A stretch of 61,832 nucleotides of DNA, counting the filler, from Spirochaetales bacterium (lineage in GTDB: Bacteria > Spirochaetota > Spirochaetia > Treponematales > UBA12059): NCBI GenBank assembly GCA_016928955.1. It is 5 parts of 5 records of this genome, joined end to end, with 100 filler letters (N's around TTAATTAATTAA, not from the genome) between each part and the next. Parts side by side here need not be neighbours in the genome. Positions count along the whole stretch, not along the records: positions 38,729 to 56,887 come from JAFGJV010000015.1; 4 more parts are not named here. One strand, written 5' to 3'. A program made the position numbers and the translations under genes. Position 1 is the first letter of the stretch, and the number at the start of each line of letters is the position of its first letter. Shown here piece after piece: positions 46,213 to 56,246 of the stretch. Under the pieces are notes generated by a model. That model searched no databases. It worked only from the letters and a program-made list of their open reading frames with translations, and was not told the DNA's origin.

Positions 46213-47653
46213 GCCGCTGTTGGCCGCCGCCCTGGCCTTGACCGCCCTGTCCTGCGACCTGGTGGACCTACGAGGCCTGGACGTGACCATATACCCGACG
46301 GGCCAGGGCTCCATCCTCCCCTCCGGCGGGATCCCGCGCATAGAGTTCTCAGAGGGCGTGGACAGGCTGTCCGCGGAGCGCGCGGTGACCTTCTCGTCCC
46401 AGCGCGGCGGCGTTGAGGCAGACTACCAATGGTCGGGCCTGTCCCTGTCCCTGTCGCCGCGCGCTGGGCTGGAGAACGGCGTCCGCTACACCGTGTCGGT
46501 CAAGGGCCAGATCACCAAGTCCAACCTGAACGCCGTCAGCGTGGACGCGTCGGCCACCTTCTACTACGCCACGGACGAGGCATTCCCGACCATCCTGTCC
46601 ACCCTGCCCGAGTACGGCGCGGTGGTGGGCGTGGCCGCGACCGTGGAATTGCGCTTCTCCGCGCCCATGGACAGGGAGTCCGTGGAGGACGCCTTCAGCC
46701 TGTCGCCGTCCGCCGAATGCCGCTACTCTTGGCCGTCGGACGACGTGATGGTGGCCACGCCGGTGGAAGCCCTCTCTCCCCTGACCTATTACTCATGGCG
46801 CCTGTCCAACGACGCGGCCACCCAGACCGGCGTGCGCGTATGGAGCGAGCGCGAGGGTACCTTCTATACCGCGGCGGATTTCCAGAGCCCGGACGTCCTG
46901 TCGGTGGACAAGGCCCGCTATGACCAGGCCAGCGGGCAGTACGTGGACGTGGTACCGGGGGCGGACGGTTTGGCCAGGGGCCAGGTCCTCCTCGTCACCT
47001 TTTCCGAGCCGGTGGACATGGCCGAGGCCGTACGGTCGATACGCGTGGAGACAGGGTTCCGTGGCACGGTGGTGGCCGTGTCGTCCACCGTGGCTGCCTT
47101 TGAGCCCGAGCCTGCCAACAACTTTGGCCTGGATTACACCCTGGTAGTCCCCAAGGAGATCCAGGACCTGTCAGGCATAGCCATGCAGGAGGACTACCGC
47201 CTGGACTTCAGCACCGCTGACATGGGCCTAGACATAGAGGAGGTCAGCCTCCAGACGGACACGGCCATGCCCGCCATCGTTGCGGGCGCCAATCTGTCCG
47301 CGCCCACCGCGGTCAGGATGAGCGACTTCGAACCCTATTACGACCTCCGGATCACCATAGTCTTTTCCCTGACCTTTGCGGACGCCGCCGCCAGGCTGGC
47401 CGCCGTGGACGCCATCATGTTCGACCCCTACTTCCCGGCCGGAGCGCCGTCGCCGACCCTGTTCAACGTGTCCTGGCCCGACGCCAGGACCCTGGTCCTG
47501 CACTACCAGGGCGTGGAGGGCGGAGACGACCCGGCCTTCAACTACTACAAGCTGATCGTGCCCAAGGGCATCAAGACGGACACGGATTCCGACTTCTACT
47601 ATGCCACCACGGACGAGGCCTGGCTGTATATCGAGATGGAGGCCGGCGTATGA
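46193..47653 (+). CDS. Lipoprotein with tandem Ig-like (Big_5/SbsA-like) domains
   Basis: Lipobox LSC; repeats IEFSEGVD, LRFSAPMD, VTFSEPVD, IQDLSG. Confidence 0.8.
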   Translation: MWKSRAKPLLAAALALTALSCDLVDLRGLDVTIYPTGQGSILPSGGIPRIEFSEGVDRLSAERAVTFSSQRGGVEADYQWSGLSLSLSPRAGLENGVRYTVSVKGQITKSNLNAVSVDASATFYYATDEAFPTILSTLPEYGAVVGVAATVELRFSAPMDRESVEDAFSLSPSAECRYSWPSDDVMVATPVEALSPLTYYSWRLSNDAATQTGVRVWSEREGTFYTAADFQSPDVLSVDKARYDQASGQYVDVVPGADGLARGQVLLVTFSEPVDMAEAVRSIRVETGFRGTVVAVSSTVAAFEPEPANNFGLDYTLVVPKEIQDLSGIAMQEDYRLDFSTADMGLDIEEVSLQTDTAMPAIVAGANLSAPTAVRMSDFEPYYDLRITIVFSLTFADAAARLAAVDAIMFDPYFPAGAPSPTLFNVSWPDARTLVLHYQGVEGGDDPAFNYYKLIVPKGIKTDTDSDFYYATTDEAWLYIEMEAGV

Positions 47654-49209
47654 GAGCTACGCGTTTGCTCGCCGCGGCCGCCCTGGCCGCCCTGGCCTCG
47701 TCGTGCAGCATCCTGGGCGCCGATTCCCTGGCCGTGAGCGCCTGGTCGCCGTCAGACGCCGTGGTGGCCGATCCGGCGGCCATCCAAGTATGGGTTGAGT
47801 TCTCGGCTCCGCCAAGCCGCCCCTCGGCCGAGCGCGCCTTCAGCCTCAAGGCCAACGGAGCCATGATGGAAGGGCGCTTCATATGGGACGGGCTCAGGAT
47901 GGGTTTTGTGCCCTTTGACGGTTTTGAGCGCGGCGTATCCTACCTGATGTCCGTGTCCACGGACGCGGAGGCAGAAAACGGCGCGTCGCTTGGCCTGCCC
48001 TTCGAGAGCCGCTTCGAGACCAGGGTAGAGGCCGAGCGCCCGCGCGTGGAGTTCACCCTGCCCGCGGACGGGGGCGTCCTGGACAACGCCGCGCCCGAGA
48101 TCGTGGTGAATTTCTCCGAGCTCATGGGCTACGACCGTTTCCTTGCCGCCGTGACCCTGTCGCCGTCCGTGAGGGGCATGTGGACCCATGACGACTCGGG
48201 CGGCTATTCCGCCTTCACCTTCCACCCGGTGGAGAGCTACACGGAATACGAGTACCGCCTGACCCTGGATTCCAGCCTGGCCGATCCCAACGGCAACGAG
48301 CTGGCCGAGGATTTTTCCGCGTCGTTCTTCCTGTACCTGGACCGGGACCCGCCGGAACTTGCGTCCGCGTCCCTGATCCACAACTCCGCGTCCGTACCCA
48401 TAGCGGAAGACGTTCTGGATGACGGCGTCATCACCGCGAACCCGGGCATGGATACGGATGACGGGCTCGAGTTCGTCTTTGCCGAGGACATCCAGCTGGA
48501 GTCGTTCAAGAACGCTTTCAGCGTGGAACCCGCCATGCCGGTGGAATACGAAACCTCCGGCGAGTTCGTGTCCGCGGTGCGCCTGCGTTTCGGCCAGAGC
48601 CTGTCCTGGGGCAAACGCTACACCGTGCGCATTAAGGCCGGCCTGGCCGACCGTTACGGCAACAAGACAGACTCCGAGCGCCTGTGGTACCTGGACGTGG
48701 ACGGCGAGGCCACGAGGCCCCCCGAACCCCTCCTGGCGGCGTTCAAAAAACAAAAGGACGCGGGCGGCTACGTTGAGGGCACCGTACTGACGGCGGGTAC
48801 CGAGTTCGACACGCTCCTCATCAGCGGCTACGTGGAGTATTATGACCCGCACCAGGCCTACGTGGACCTGTACTTCCGCACCGCCCCGGGAGGGCGCGTG
48901 GATATCTTTACCCTGATGCAGGCTCTGTCCTTCTCCGCCTACGGCAGCGGGGGCTCAGCCACCAGCGTCAAGGTGACGAGCATGGCCCATCTCGATATGT
49001 CCACCCTGGCCATCGAGGACCTGGACCTTATTCGGGCGGCGCTCGCCGACCCGGCACTGACCGACGTGAGCGCGGTAAGGGTCAATGTGAACTTTACGGC
49101 CGGCGCCGTGGGTAACGTGGTACAGGTGCAGGTGTCGTCCGGCCTGGCCGACGAGGACGGCAACACCCGCGCCTCCGACTGGTCCCTGGCCGCCACCCTG
49201 GTCCACTAA
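47650..49209 (+). CDS. Second Ig-like domain lipoprotein
   Basis: Lipobox ASSC; VEFSAPP, VNFSELM, LADPNGN, LADRYGN, LADEDGN. Confidence 0.8.
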   Translation: MRATRLLAAAALAALASSCSILGADSLAVSAWSPSDAVVADPAAIQVWVEFSAPPSRPSAERAFSLKANGAMMEGRFIWDGLRMGFVPFDGFERGVSYLMSVSTDAEAENGASLGLPFESRFETRVEAERPRVEFTLPADGGVLDNAAPEIVVNFSELMGYDRFLAAVTLSPSVRGMWTHDDSGGYSAFTFHPVESYTEYEYRLTLDSSLADPNGNELAEDFSASFFLYLDRDPPELASASLIHNSASVPIAEDVLDDGVITANPGMDTDDGLEFVFAEDIQLESFKNAFSVEPAMPVEYETSGEFVSAVRLRFGQSLSWGKRYTVRIKAGLADRYGNKTDSERLWYLDVDGEATRPPEPLLAAFKKQKDAGGYVEGTVLTAGTEFDTLLISGYVEYYDPHQAYVDLYFRTAPGGRVDIFTLMQALSFSAYGSGGSATSVKVTSMAHLDMSTLAIEDLDLIRAALADPALTDVSAVRVNVNFTAGAVGNVVQVQVSSGLADEDGNTRASDWSLAATLVH

Positions 49210-49220
49210 AGGGGGCGGGC

Positions 49221-52200
49221 ATGAAAGGGCTCATCAGGGCGGCCGCGAGGCGGCCCGTGGCCACGGCTATGGTATGGCTGGGCATCCTGCTCTTTGGCGC
49301 CATGGCCATGACCGAGATACCTCTGGACTACCTCCCCGAGATCAGTTACCCGCGTGTGGTGGTCAGCACGAGCTATCCCGGCATGCCCGCCGAGGAGGTG
49401 CGCACCCTGGTGACCGTGCCGCTTGAGGACGCCTTTGCGTCCATCAAGGGCGTCAAGACCATACAGAGCGTGTCGCGCGAGGGGCGCTCGGTGGTGTCTT
49501 TGGACTTCCACTGGGGAGAGGACACGCTGTCCGCGTCCATACGCACGCGGGAGGCCATAGACGCAGCCTACACGGGCCTGCCTGAGGGCTGCGACAAGCC
49601 GGTGGCCTTTCCGTCCGACCCGGGCGCCGTGGCTGTTATCACCCTGGCTTTGGTGCCCACGGGCGCTGACCTGACCCTGACGCGCTCCCTGGCCGAGACC
49701 GACGTTCGCACCCGCCTCCAGCAGGCAGAGGGCGTGGGCGCGGTCAACCTGGTGGGCGGGGCCCAGACCGAGTACCGCGTGGCCGTGCAGGAAGACAAGG
49801 CGGCGGCCCGCGGACTGACCGTGTCAGCCGTGGCCCAGTTCCTGGGGCGGGAGAACTTCGACTACCCCGTGGGCTCCATCCGCTCGGGCGAGTCCGAGAT
49901 CATCATCAAGACGCGCGGCCGGGCGTCCACCGCAAGCGAGCTCGAGTCCCTGCGCATACCCATGGAAAACGGAAGCCTCCAGCTGTCCCAGATAGCCGGC
50001 GTGGAAGAGGCGGAGAAGCACCGACTGAGCGTGTACGCGTTCGGCGGCAAGGAAGCCGTGGCGCTTGAGGTGTTCCGGCGCAAGGGCTCAAACCCGGTGG
50101 CCGTGGCCCAGGCCGTGCGGAAGGAAGCGGAGCGCGTGGCCCAGGCATACGCCGGGGACTTTGAGGTGGCTGTGGACTACGATTCGTCCGTGGCCATTGT
50201 GGAGTCCATACGCAACCTGGCCGTGGCCGCGCTGTCGGGCATACTCATCACCTTTGTCGTGCTCCTGGCGCTCACCCGCGACGCCAAGGGGAGCGCGCTC
50301 CTGGTGGTCACCATACCCGTGTCCATCATGGTGGGCGTGGCCGCGCTCAGGCTGATGGGCCGGACCCTGAACACCATGTCGTTGGGCGGCATAGCCCTGG
50401 GCATAGGCATGATCGTGGACAACGCCATCGTGGTGCTGGACGTTCTCAAGCGCCTGCCCGCCGCGCGCCGGCGAGACCCGGCGGCCGTGTCCGCCCAGGT
50501 GGAGCGGGTGTTCACGTCCATCATGGCGTCAACCATCACGTCGCTCATCGTGTTCGTGCCGGTGATCTTCCTGCCCGGCGTGATAGGCGCCATCTTTACG
50601 GACCTGGCCCTGTCCGTGATCTTTACGCAGTTCGGCGGCTTTCTCACGGCCATCACCGTCATACCCGTGGCCTTCATGTCCTTCCGCTGGAAGGACGACG
50701 CCGGAGCGCGTGACCCCATGGAACCGGCGCGCAAGCTGTACGCCAGGGCCCTGGACGCGTGCTTCCGGCGGCCGGCCCTGGTGGCTCTGATCATAGGCCT
50801 GACCTTCCTGGCTGGAGCCGGAGCGGCCACCGCCCTGGGCTTTGAGTTCATGCCCGTGGACGACGCTCCCCTTCTGGAGCTGGAGGTGGCCTTTCCCTAC
50901 GGCACCAGGCTGGAGCATATAGCCGCCGAGGCCGCCGTCATGCAGGGGAGCATCCTGGCCGACGGGGCCTTCCTGTCCGTGTCCGCCAGGGCCGGCGGTG
51001 AGCGGGAAGACGCCCTGTACCAGTCCGATCCGGCGTCCCGGCCGGAGCGCCTGATCATGCGGGCCGTGCTGGACCGGAAGCGGGCGAGCGTAGAGGAGGC
51101 CATGGACCGGGCCCGGAAGGCCGTGGAGTCCCTGGGCTACGCCTGCGAGGTTCGTCCTCCCAAGGACGCGGTGGAGACCCTCCTGGGCGTGGGCGGGTCC
51201 ACGCGGTCGTGGGCGGCCTACGGCAAGGATCCGGAGGAGGCCCGGGCGCGGGCGGCCCTGGCGCTTCTGCACGCGCGTTCCGTTGCGGGCGGGGACCGAG
51301 CGCTGAGCCTGAACCCCGCCGGAGAGCGGGACGAGATACGCGTGTCGCCAGACCGGGCCGCCCTGGCCGCCCTGTCCGTTGGCTTTTACGACGCGGCCAC
51401 CGCCCTGCACGCGGCCGTGGAAGGCGAGGTCGCGTCCAGGATCGTGGTGGACAGCCGCGAGAAGGACGTGCGCGTTGGACTGGCCGGCGCGGACGGACAG
51501 GCGCCGGACATAGGACGGGTGATCATCCGGCCGCAGGGGCCCATACGCGTGGCCGACGTGGCCCGGGTACAGGCCCAGAGCTCCGTGCCCCTCTTCCTCC
51601 GCGTGGACCGCAAGGACGCCGTGCTCCTGGAGGCTGAGGCTACCCCCGGCGGCCGCGACGACCTGGCCGCGGCCATGGCCGACTTCTCCGCAGGGCATGA
51701 GTGGCTGGAATCCGCGGACGCGTCGGCCCTGGCGGAATACGGCGGCCGCATACTCCTGACCCTGGGGATCGTGGTGGCCCTGTTGTACCTGACCCTGGGC
51801 GCGCAGTTCGAGTCGTTCTCCCTGCCCGTCCTCCTCCTTGTGACCATACCCCTGTCCTTTTCCGGCATAGCCCTGGCCCTGGCGCTCTCGGGCACCACCG
51901 TGAACTTCGGCTCGGCCCTGGGCGTGATCGTGCTCTTTGGCGTGGCCGTCAACAACTCCATCGTGCTGTACGAGGTGACGTCCCAGAAGGCCGGCGAGTC
52001 CGGGGCGGGCGACGAGGCCGAGCCCGGCCGCAAGCGGTCGCTGGCGGCCGCGGCCGCGCGCGCGGGGGCGCTTGAGCGCCTGTCGCCCATCCTGTCCACG
52101 GTGCTGACCACGGTGGTGGCCATCTTCCCCATCCTCCTGTCGCCCAGCGGGGCGTCGCAGAAGGCCATGTCCATAGCCGTGATAGGCGGGCTCGTGGTGT

Positions 52201-52286
52201 CCACCGTGCTCACCCTGTTCACCGCGCCCTTGGTGTTCGCGCGGAGGCTGGGCGGAAAGGCTTCCAAGGGACGGCATGAGGCTTGA
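49221..52286 (+). CDS. RND permease (AcrB-like) subunit 1
   Basis: RRPVAT, YPGMPAEEV, GMIVDNAIVV, AQFESF, GVAVNNSI, RLSPILST. Confidence 0.92.
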   Translation: MKGLIRAAARRPVATAMVWLGILLFGAMAMTEIPLDYLPEISYPRVVVSTSYPGMPAEEVRTLVTVPLEDAFASIKGVKTIQSVSREGRSVVSLDFHWGEDTLSASIRTREAIDAAYTGLPEGCDKPVAFPSDPGAVAVITLALVPTGADLTLTRSLAETDVRTRLQQAEGVGAVNLVGGAQTEYRVAVQEDKAAARGLTVSAVAQFLGRENFDYPVGSIRSGESEIIIKTRGRASTASELESLRIPMENGSLQLSQIAGVEEAEKHRLSVYAFGGKEAVALEVFRRKGSNPVAVAQAVRKEAERVAQAYAGDFEVAVDYDSSVAIVESIRNLAVAALSGILITFVVLLALTRDAKGSALLVVTIPVSIMVGVAALRLMGRTLNTMSLGGIALGIGMIVDNAIVVLDVLKRLPAARRRDPAAVSAQVERVFTSIMASTITSLIVFVPVIFLPGVIGAIFTDLALSVIFTQFGGFLTAITVIPVAFMSFRWKDDAGARDPMEPARKLYARALDACFRRPALVALIIGLTFLAGAGAATALGFEFMPVDDAPLLELEVAFPYGTRLEHIAAEAAVMQGSILADGAFLSVSARAGGEREDALYQSDPASRPERLIMRAVLDRKRASVEEAMDRARKAVESLGYACEVRPPKDAVETLLGVGGSTRSWAAYGKDPEEARARAALALLHARSVAGGDRALSLNPAGERDEIRVSPDRAALAALSVGFYDAATALHAAVEGEVASRIVVDSREKDVRVGLAGADGQAPDIGRVIIRPQGPIRVADVARVQAQSSVPLFLRVDRKDAVLLEAEATPGGRDDLAAAMADFSAGHEWLESADASALAEYGGRILLTLGIVVALLYLTLGAQFESFSLPVLLLVTIPLSFSGIALALALSGTTVNFGSALGVIVLFGVAVNNSIVLYEVTSQKAGESGAGDEAEPGRKRSLAAAAARAGALERLSPILSTVLTTVVAIFPILLSPSGASQKAMSIAVIGGLVVSTVLTLFTAPLVFARRLGGKASKGRHEA

Positions 52287-55200
52287 GTCCTGGTACTCCC
52301 GGCCCATAGCCGCGGCCTGCGCCCTCCTGGCCCTGGTCATGGTGTCCGCCGCCGCCCTGTCCGGCGCGCGCATAGGGCCGAACGAGACGGCGTCGAACTT
52401 TGCCTGGGCGGTGACCATCCAGCACTACGGCGTGGACGCATACGAGATGCAGCGTACGGTGACCGAGCCCCTGGAGAACGCCCTGTCGGCGGTGGCCGGG
52501 CGCACGGAGATGCGCTCGTTCAGCGAATACGGCAAGAGCCGCGTGATCCTGTACATGCGCGACTCGGACGACGAGACCTACGCAACCATACGCGACGCGG
52601 TGGAGCGCGTGTACGCCACCCTGCCGAGCTCGGCCCAGCGCCCCGTCATCAACTCCACCAGCGAGGGCCGCCAGCCCGTGTGGCTGGCCGCCGTGCGCGC
52701 GGACGGCATGGACCGCGAGGACTTTGCCCGCGTCCTGGACAAGGGCATGAAACCGGCCTTTGAGAAGCTGGACGGGGCCGGCGAGGTGGAAACCTACGGC
52801 ACGGGCATGCCCGAGATCAGCGTGACCATAGACCCCGAGCGCGCCGCCAGCCTGGGTCTGGACCCGTCGGCCTGCGCCCAGGCCGTGGCGGCCTCCGACT
52901 TTCTGGGCACCTGCGGCGTATGGCGCTCGGACGAGCTTGGCCTGGCCATCGTGGCCTACGGAAGGACGCCGGGCATAGAGGCCCTGAAGGACCTGCGCGT
53001 GCCCGTGGGACAGAGCGGCACCGTGCCCCTGTCCGCCGTGGCCGACGTGCGCCTGGCCGAGCGCGAGTACGAGAGCCTGTCCCGCGTGGACGGCCGGGAG
53101 GAAACCATCCTGGCGCTGCGACCCGGCGGCAAGGCCAACCTGATAGGCCTGTCGGCGGCCATCGCGCGGGAGAGGGAGGCCTGGGAGGCGGAAGGGTTTA
53201 CGTTCTCGGTGATCGTGGACACGGGCAAGGAGCTGGCGGAATCCTTCCGCGGCATCCTGTCGGCCATGCTCCAGGGCATGCTGGCCGTGGCCATCATCAT
53301 CCCCTTCATGGCGCGCGGCCTCAAATCCGTTGCCGTGGCCGCACTGGCCGTGCCCCTGATCACCCTCCTGTCCGCGGCCGCCATGGCCGCCCTGGGCTAC
53401 ACCTTTGACCAGAACGCCCTGTCCGGCATAGCCATAGGCCTTGGCACCAGCGTGGACGCCGTGGTGGTTGCCGTGGAACGCCTCAAGGATGGCCCGCGGC
53501 CAGCCGTGGCCGCCGAGCGCATGTCGCGCCTCATACCCTCGCTGGTGGGCGGCGCGCTCACGAGCGTCATCGTGCTCCTGCCCCTCATGGGCATGGGCTA
53601 CGCCGACGAAGGCATACGCGCCACCGCCCTGTCCGTGGGGCTGATCGTGGTCATAGCCTTTGGCGTGGGGGCGTTCCTGGCGCCCGTGTTCCTGTCGTCG
53701 GTCCACGCCCGGGCTGACGCGGCCGCTCCGGCGCACAGGCAGGTCAGCGCGGTGTCCCGGCTGGCGGGCAGGCTCAGGCTCGCGTCCAGGCCCCTTGCGC
53801 GCGCGGCCAGGCGCGGCTTTGCCCGCGCGGTGCTGTGGTCGGCCAAACGGAAGACCCTGGCCCTGGCGGTATCCGCCGCAGTGTCCGCGGCGGCCGTGGC
53901 CATCCTGGCCACCTCGCCCATGGACTTTTCCGGCGGCTCGGAAGGCTCGGCCCTGTCCGTGCGCGTGGAATGCGAGCCCGAGGCGTCCATTCAGAGCGTG
54001 GACAGGAGGCTGACTGCATACGCAGACGCCCTGGGCGCAGAGCCCGGCGTGACCACCGTGCAGACCACGGCCAAGCGCGGCTACGGAGACGTGGAGCTTA
54101 CCTACGACCCACAGCTCATCGGGCGCGAGGACGTGGCGCGCCTGGCCCGCTCCCTGGGCGAGCGCGTGCCCAACGCCTTTGTCTTCCTGAGCGAGGGCGC
54201 CGATCCCGGCGAGCGCTCCTACGAGATAACCGTGTCAGGCGACGACGACGCCATACTTCGGGAGCTGGCCGCCGCCGCGGCCCGCCTGGTGCGCGAGCTC
54301 CCCTTTGTGTCGGACACCGTGCTCAACTTCAAGGAAGGCCCCCAGACCGCGATCATAGACATAGACCACGCCGCCGCCGCCCGGTACGGCACCGACGTGG
54401 CTACCGTTGCCGACACGCTCAGGCGCTACGTGCAGGGACCCGTGGGCCACAAGAAAGTGCTGGGTGACCGCGAGCTGGACGTACGCTTTTTGTCCGAGCG
54501 CTCGCGCGTGGCCAGCGTGGACGAAGTCCTGAGCCTGCCCATCCTGACCCCGTCCGGCGGCACCGTGCCGGCAGCCGCCCTGGCCACGCTGTCCTACGAG
54601 CGCGAGCCGTCACGGCTGTACCGCAAGAACCGCCGCAACGTGGCCTTCTTCACGGCGCGCGTTCGCGGCGCGGACGTGGCGGCGGCCAGAGACGGCATCA
54701 TGGACATCCTGGGCGGCATGGAGCGGCCGGCGGGCTACGCCTTTGAGTTCGACCGCTCGGCCCTGGAGTTACAGGAGCGCTACGCGGCCAGCCGCTCGGC
54801 CTTTATCCTGGCCCTGGCGTTCATATTCATAGCCCTGGCCGCCCTGTCCGAATCCCTGGCGTCGCCCCTGGCCGTTTTGTCCATTTTGCCGGTGGCCATG
54901 TTCGCGCCCGTCCTGGCGCTGAGGCTGGGCTGGGGCGGCATACGGCTGTCCGGCATGGCATCGCTGGTGGTGCTGTCAGGCGTCATCGTCAACATATCGA
55001 TCCTGATCGTGGACGAGGCGCGCGAGCGGGCCGCTCCCGGCAAAGGCTCCCTATCCTGGCTGTACGGCACCGTGAGGTCGCGGGTGGTGCCCGTGGCCTT
55101 CATGACCCTGACCACGGTGGCCGGCGCCCTGCCCCTGGCCTTTGTGCGGGATCCCGGTGCCGAGTTCATGAAGACCCTAGCCCTGGCCACAGCCTGGGGC

Positions 55201-55296
55201 GCGGTAGGCGCCCTGGTGGCGTCCGTCATATCCTTGCCGGCCCTCCTGTCAGCGGCCCCCTCGCTGGCCAGGAAACAGAGCCGTGATACGGAATGA
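52276..55296 (+). CDS. RND permease subunit 2 (divergent)
   Basis: VTEPLENAL, GTSVDAVVV, GVIVNISI, RVVPVAFMT; RND length and topology. Confidence 0.85.
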   Translation: MRLESWYSRPIAAACALLALVMVSAAALSGARIGPNETASNFAWAVTIQHYGVDAYEMQRTVTEPLENALSAVAGRTEMRSFSEYGKSRVILYMRDSDDETYATIRDAVERVYATLPSSAQRPVINSTSEGRQPVWLAAVRADGMDREDFARVLDKGMKPAFEKLDGAGEVETYGTGMPEISVTIDPERAASLGLDPSACAQAVAASDFLGTCGVWRSDELGLAIVAYGRTPGIEALKDLRVPVGQSGTVPLSAVADVRLAEREYESLSRVDGREETILALRPGGKANLIGLSAAIAREREAWEAEGFTFSVIVDTGKELAESFRGILSAMLQGMLAVAIIIPFMARGLKSVAVAALAVPLITLLSAAAMAALGYTFDQNALSGIAIGLGTSVDAVVVAVERLKDGPRPAVAAERMSRLIPSLVGGALTSVIVLLPLMGMGYADEGIRATALSVGLIVVIAFGVGAFLAPVFLSSVHARADAAAPAHRQVSAVSRLAGRLRLASRPLARAARRGFARAVLWSAKRKTLALAVSAAVSAAAVAILATSPMDFSGGSEGSALSVRVECEPEASIQSVDRRLTAYADALGAEPGVTTVQTTAKRGYGDVELTYDPQLIGREDVARLARSLGERVPNAFVFLSEGADPGERSYEITVSGDDDAILRELAAAAARLVRELPFVSDTVLNFKEGPQTAIIDIDHAAAARYGTDVATVADTLRRYVQGPVGHKKVLGDRELDVRFLSERSRVASVDEVLSLPILTPSGGTVPAAALATLSYEREPSRLYRKNRRNVAFFTARVRGADVAAARDGIMDILGGMERPAGYAFEFDRSALELQERYAASRSAFILALAFIFIALAALSESLASPLAVLSILPVAMFAPVLALRLGWGGIRLSGMASLVVLSGVIVNISILIVDEARERAAPGKGSLSWLYGTVRSRVVPVAFMTLTTVAGALPLAFVRDPGAEFMKTLALATAWGAVGALVASVISLPALLSAAPSLARKQSRDTE

Positions 55297-55490
55297 GGAC
55301 AGGATAAACAGGATGGTGCAGGATGGACAGGATGATGAGGTAGGGTAAGATTCTTTTATTATTTTATCCTGGTAATCCTTTCTTATCCTGTACATCCTGT
55401 CCTCATTCAAACAGCAGGCCTAAATCAAGAATTAGGACAGGATAAACAGGATGGACAGGATAATGCGGTGGGGGAAAGCCTTCCTTATTA
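55291..55490. repeat. CAGGAT hairpin repeats: unit 1 (55291-55408) and left half of unit 2
   Basis: GAATGAGGACAGGAT...ATCCTGTCCTCATTC perfect 15-bp terminal inverted repeat. Confidence 0.85.
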
Positions 55491-55491
55491 A

Positions 55492-55526
55492 GGAAGCCTT
55501 TAAAAACTGAAGTTTTAGAGGCTCCC
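55492..55526. repeat. REP-like palindrome
   Basis: GGAAGCCTTTAAAAACTGAAGTTTTAGAGGCTCCC. Confidence 0.65.
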
Positions 55527-55552
55527 TTTTGAAATTAGCTCGAAAACTAAGA

Positions 55553-55780
55553 TTATTTTCTGTACAGCGCCACGAACTGGTCTACTTCCAAGCCCGCGAA
55601 TCTGATGAGCTTTCTCAGGGTACCTGCGGCCAGCTCTCCGTGGTTGGGCACCGATAGATTGGCCGTATGTCCAGCCTTGGTGAGTACCATGTGGCTACCT
55701 ACCTGCCCTCTAAGGATCCAGCCTGCCTTCTGAAATATCTTGACCGCCTGTTTGCCAGATACTCGCGGTAGGTGGCTCAT
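55553..55780 (-). CDS. hicA: HicA-family toxin
   Basis: MSHLPRVSGKQAVKIFQKAGW...GSH...VPNH..LAAGTLRKLI. Confidence 0.9.
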   Translation of the reverse strand: MSHLPRVSGKQAVKIFQKAGWILRGQVGSHMVLTKAGHTANLSVPNHGELAAGTLRKLIRFAGLEVDQFVALYRK

Positions 55781-55989
55781 ACGGTAACGAGAATTGGCTC
55801 TTTTCCGTCTTTCTTCACCACGTCCAGGGATTTCTGGTCTTCGGCCCAAAGCCAGGCCTGGATGGCTTCTCGGATGTTCGAGAGGGCTTCCCGCTCATCC
55901 TTTCCTTGGGAAACGCAGCCAGGCAGAGCGGGACATTCCGCGACTATCCAGCCACCCTCATCATTCTCCAGGACAACATGGAACATCAT
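55777..55989 (-). CDS. hicB: Short HicB-family antitoxin (no DNA-binding domain)
   Basis: GGWIVAECPALPGCVSQGKDEREALSNIREAI; AGGAGG RBS. Confidence 0.9.
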   Translation of the reverse strand: MMFHVVLENDEGGWIVAECPALPGCVSQGKDEREALSNIREAIQAWLWAEDQKSLDVVKKDGKEPILVTV

Positions 55990-56246
55990 GAACGTTTGTC
56001 CCTCCTAGGCGCGCAGAAGAGCGGTAAAGCGAACCATCCGTGGGCTCCATGGCCTGAACCAACAAGGTGGCACCGGTCCAAACCAAGCTCGGCTATCAGG
56101 ACGGGCTTGTATGTGCCGGCAACGTGAGCCACGGCCCCGGGTACTTCCAAGACTAAAGTATACTACTCCTTGCGTTCCAGGAAAACAACCGATCTGGGAC
56201 GCGGGTAAACACAGTCACCTTGGCTGTTCTTTCGCTCTATCGCAAG

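Noticed and set aside
50529..53736. Long antisense ORFs (629 and 505 aa; also 23879-25480 and 25383-26807)
   Set aside because: Shadow frames of GC-rich genes with no recognisable motifs.
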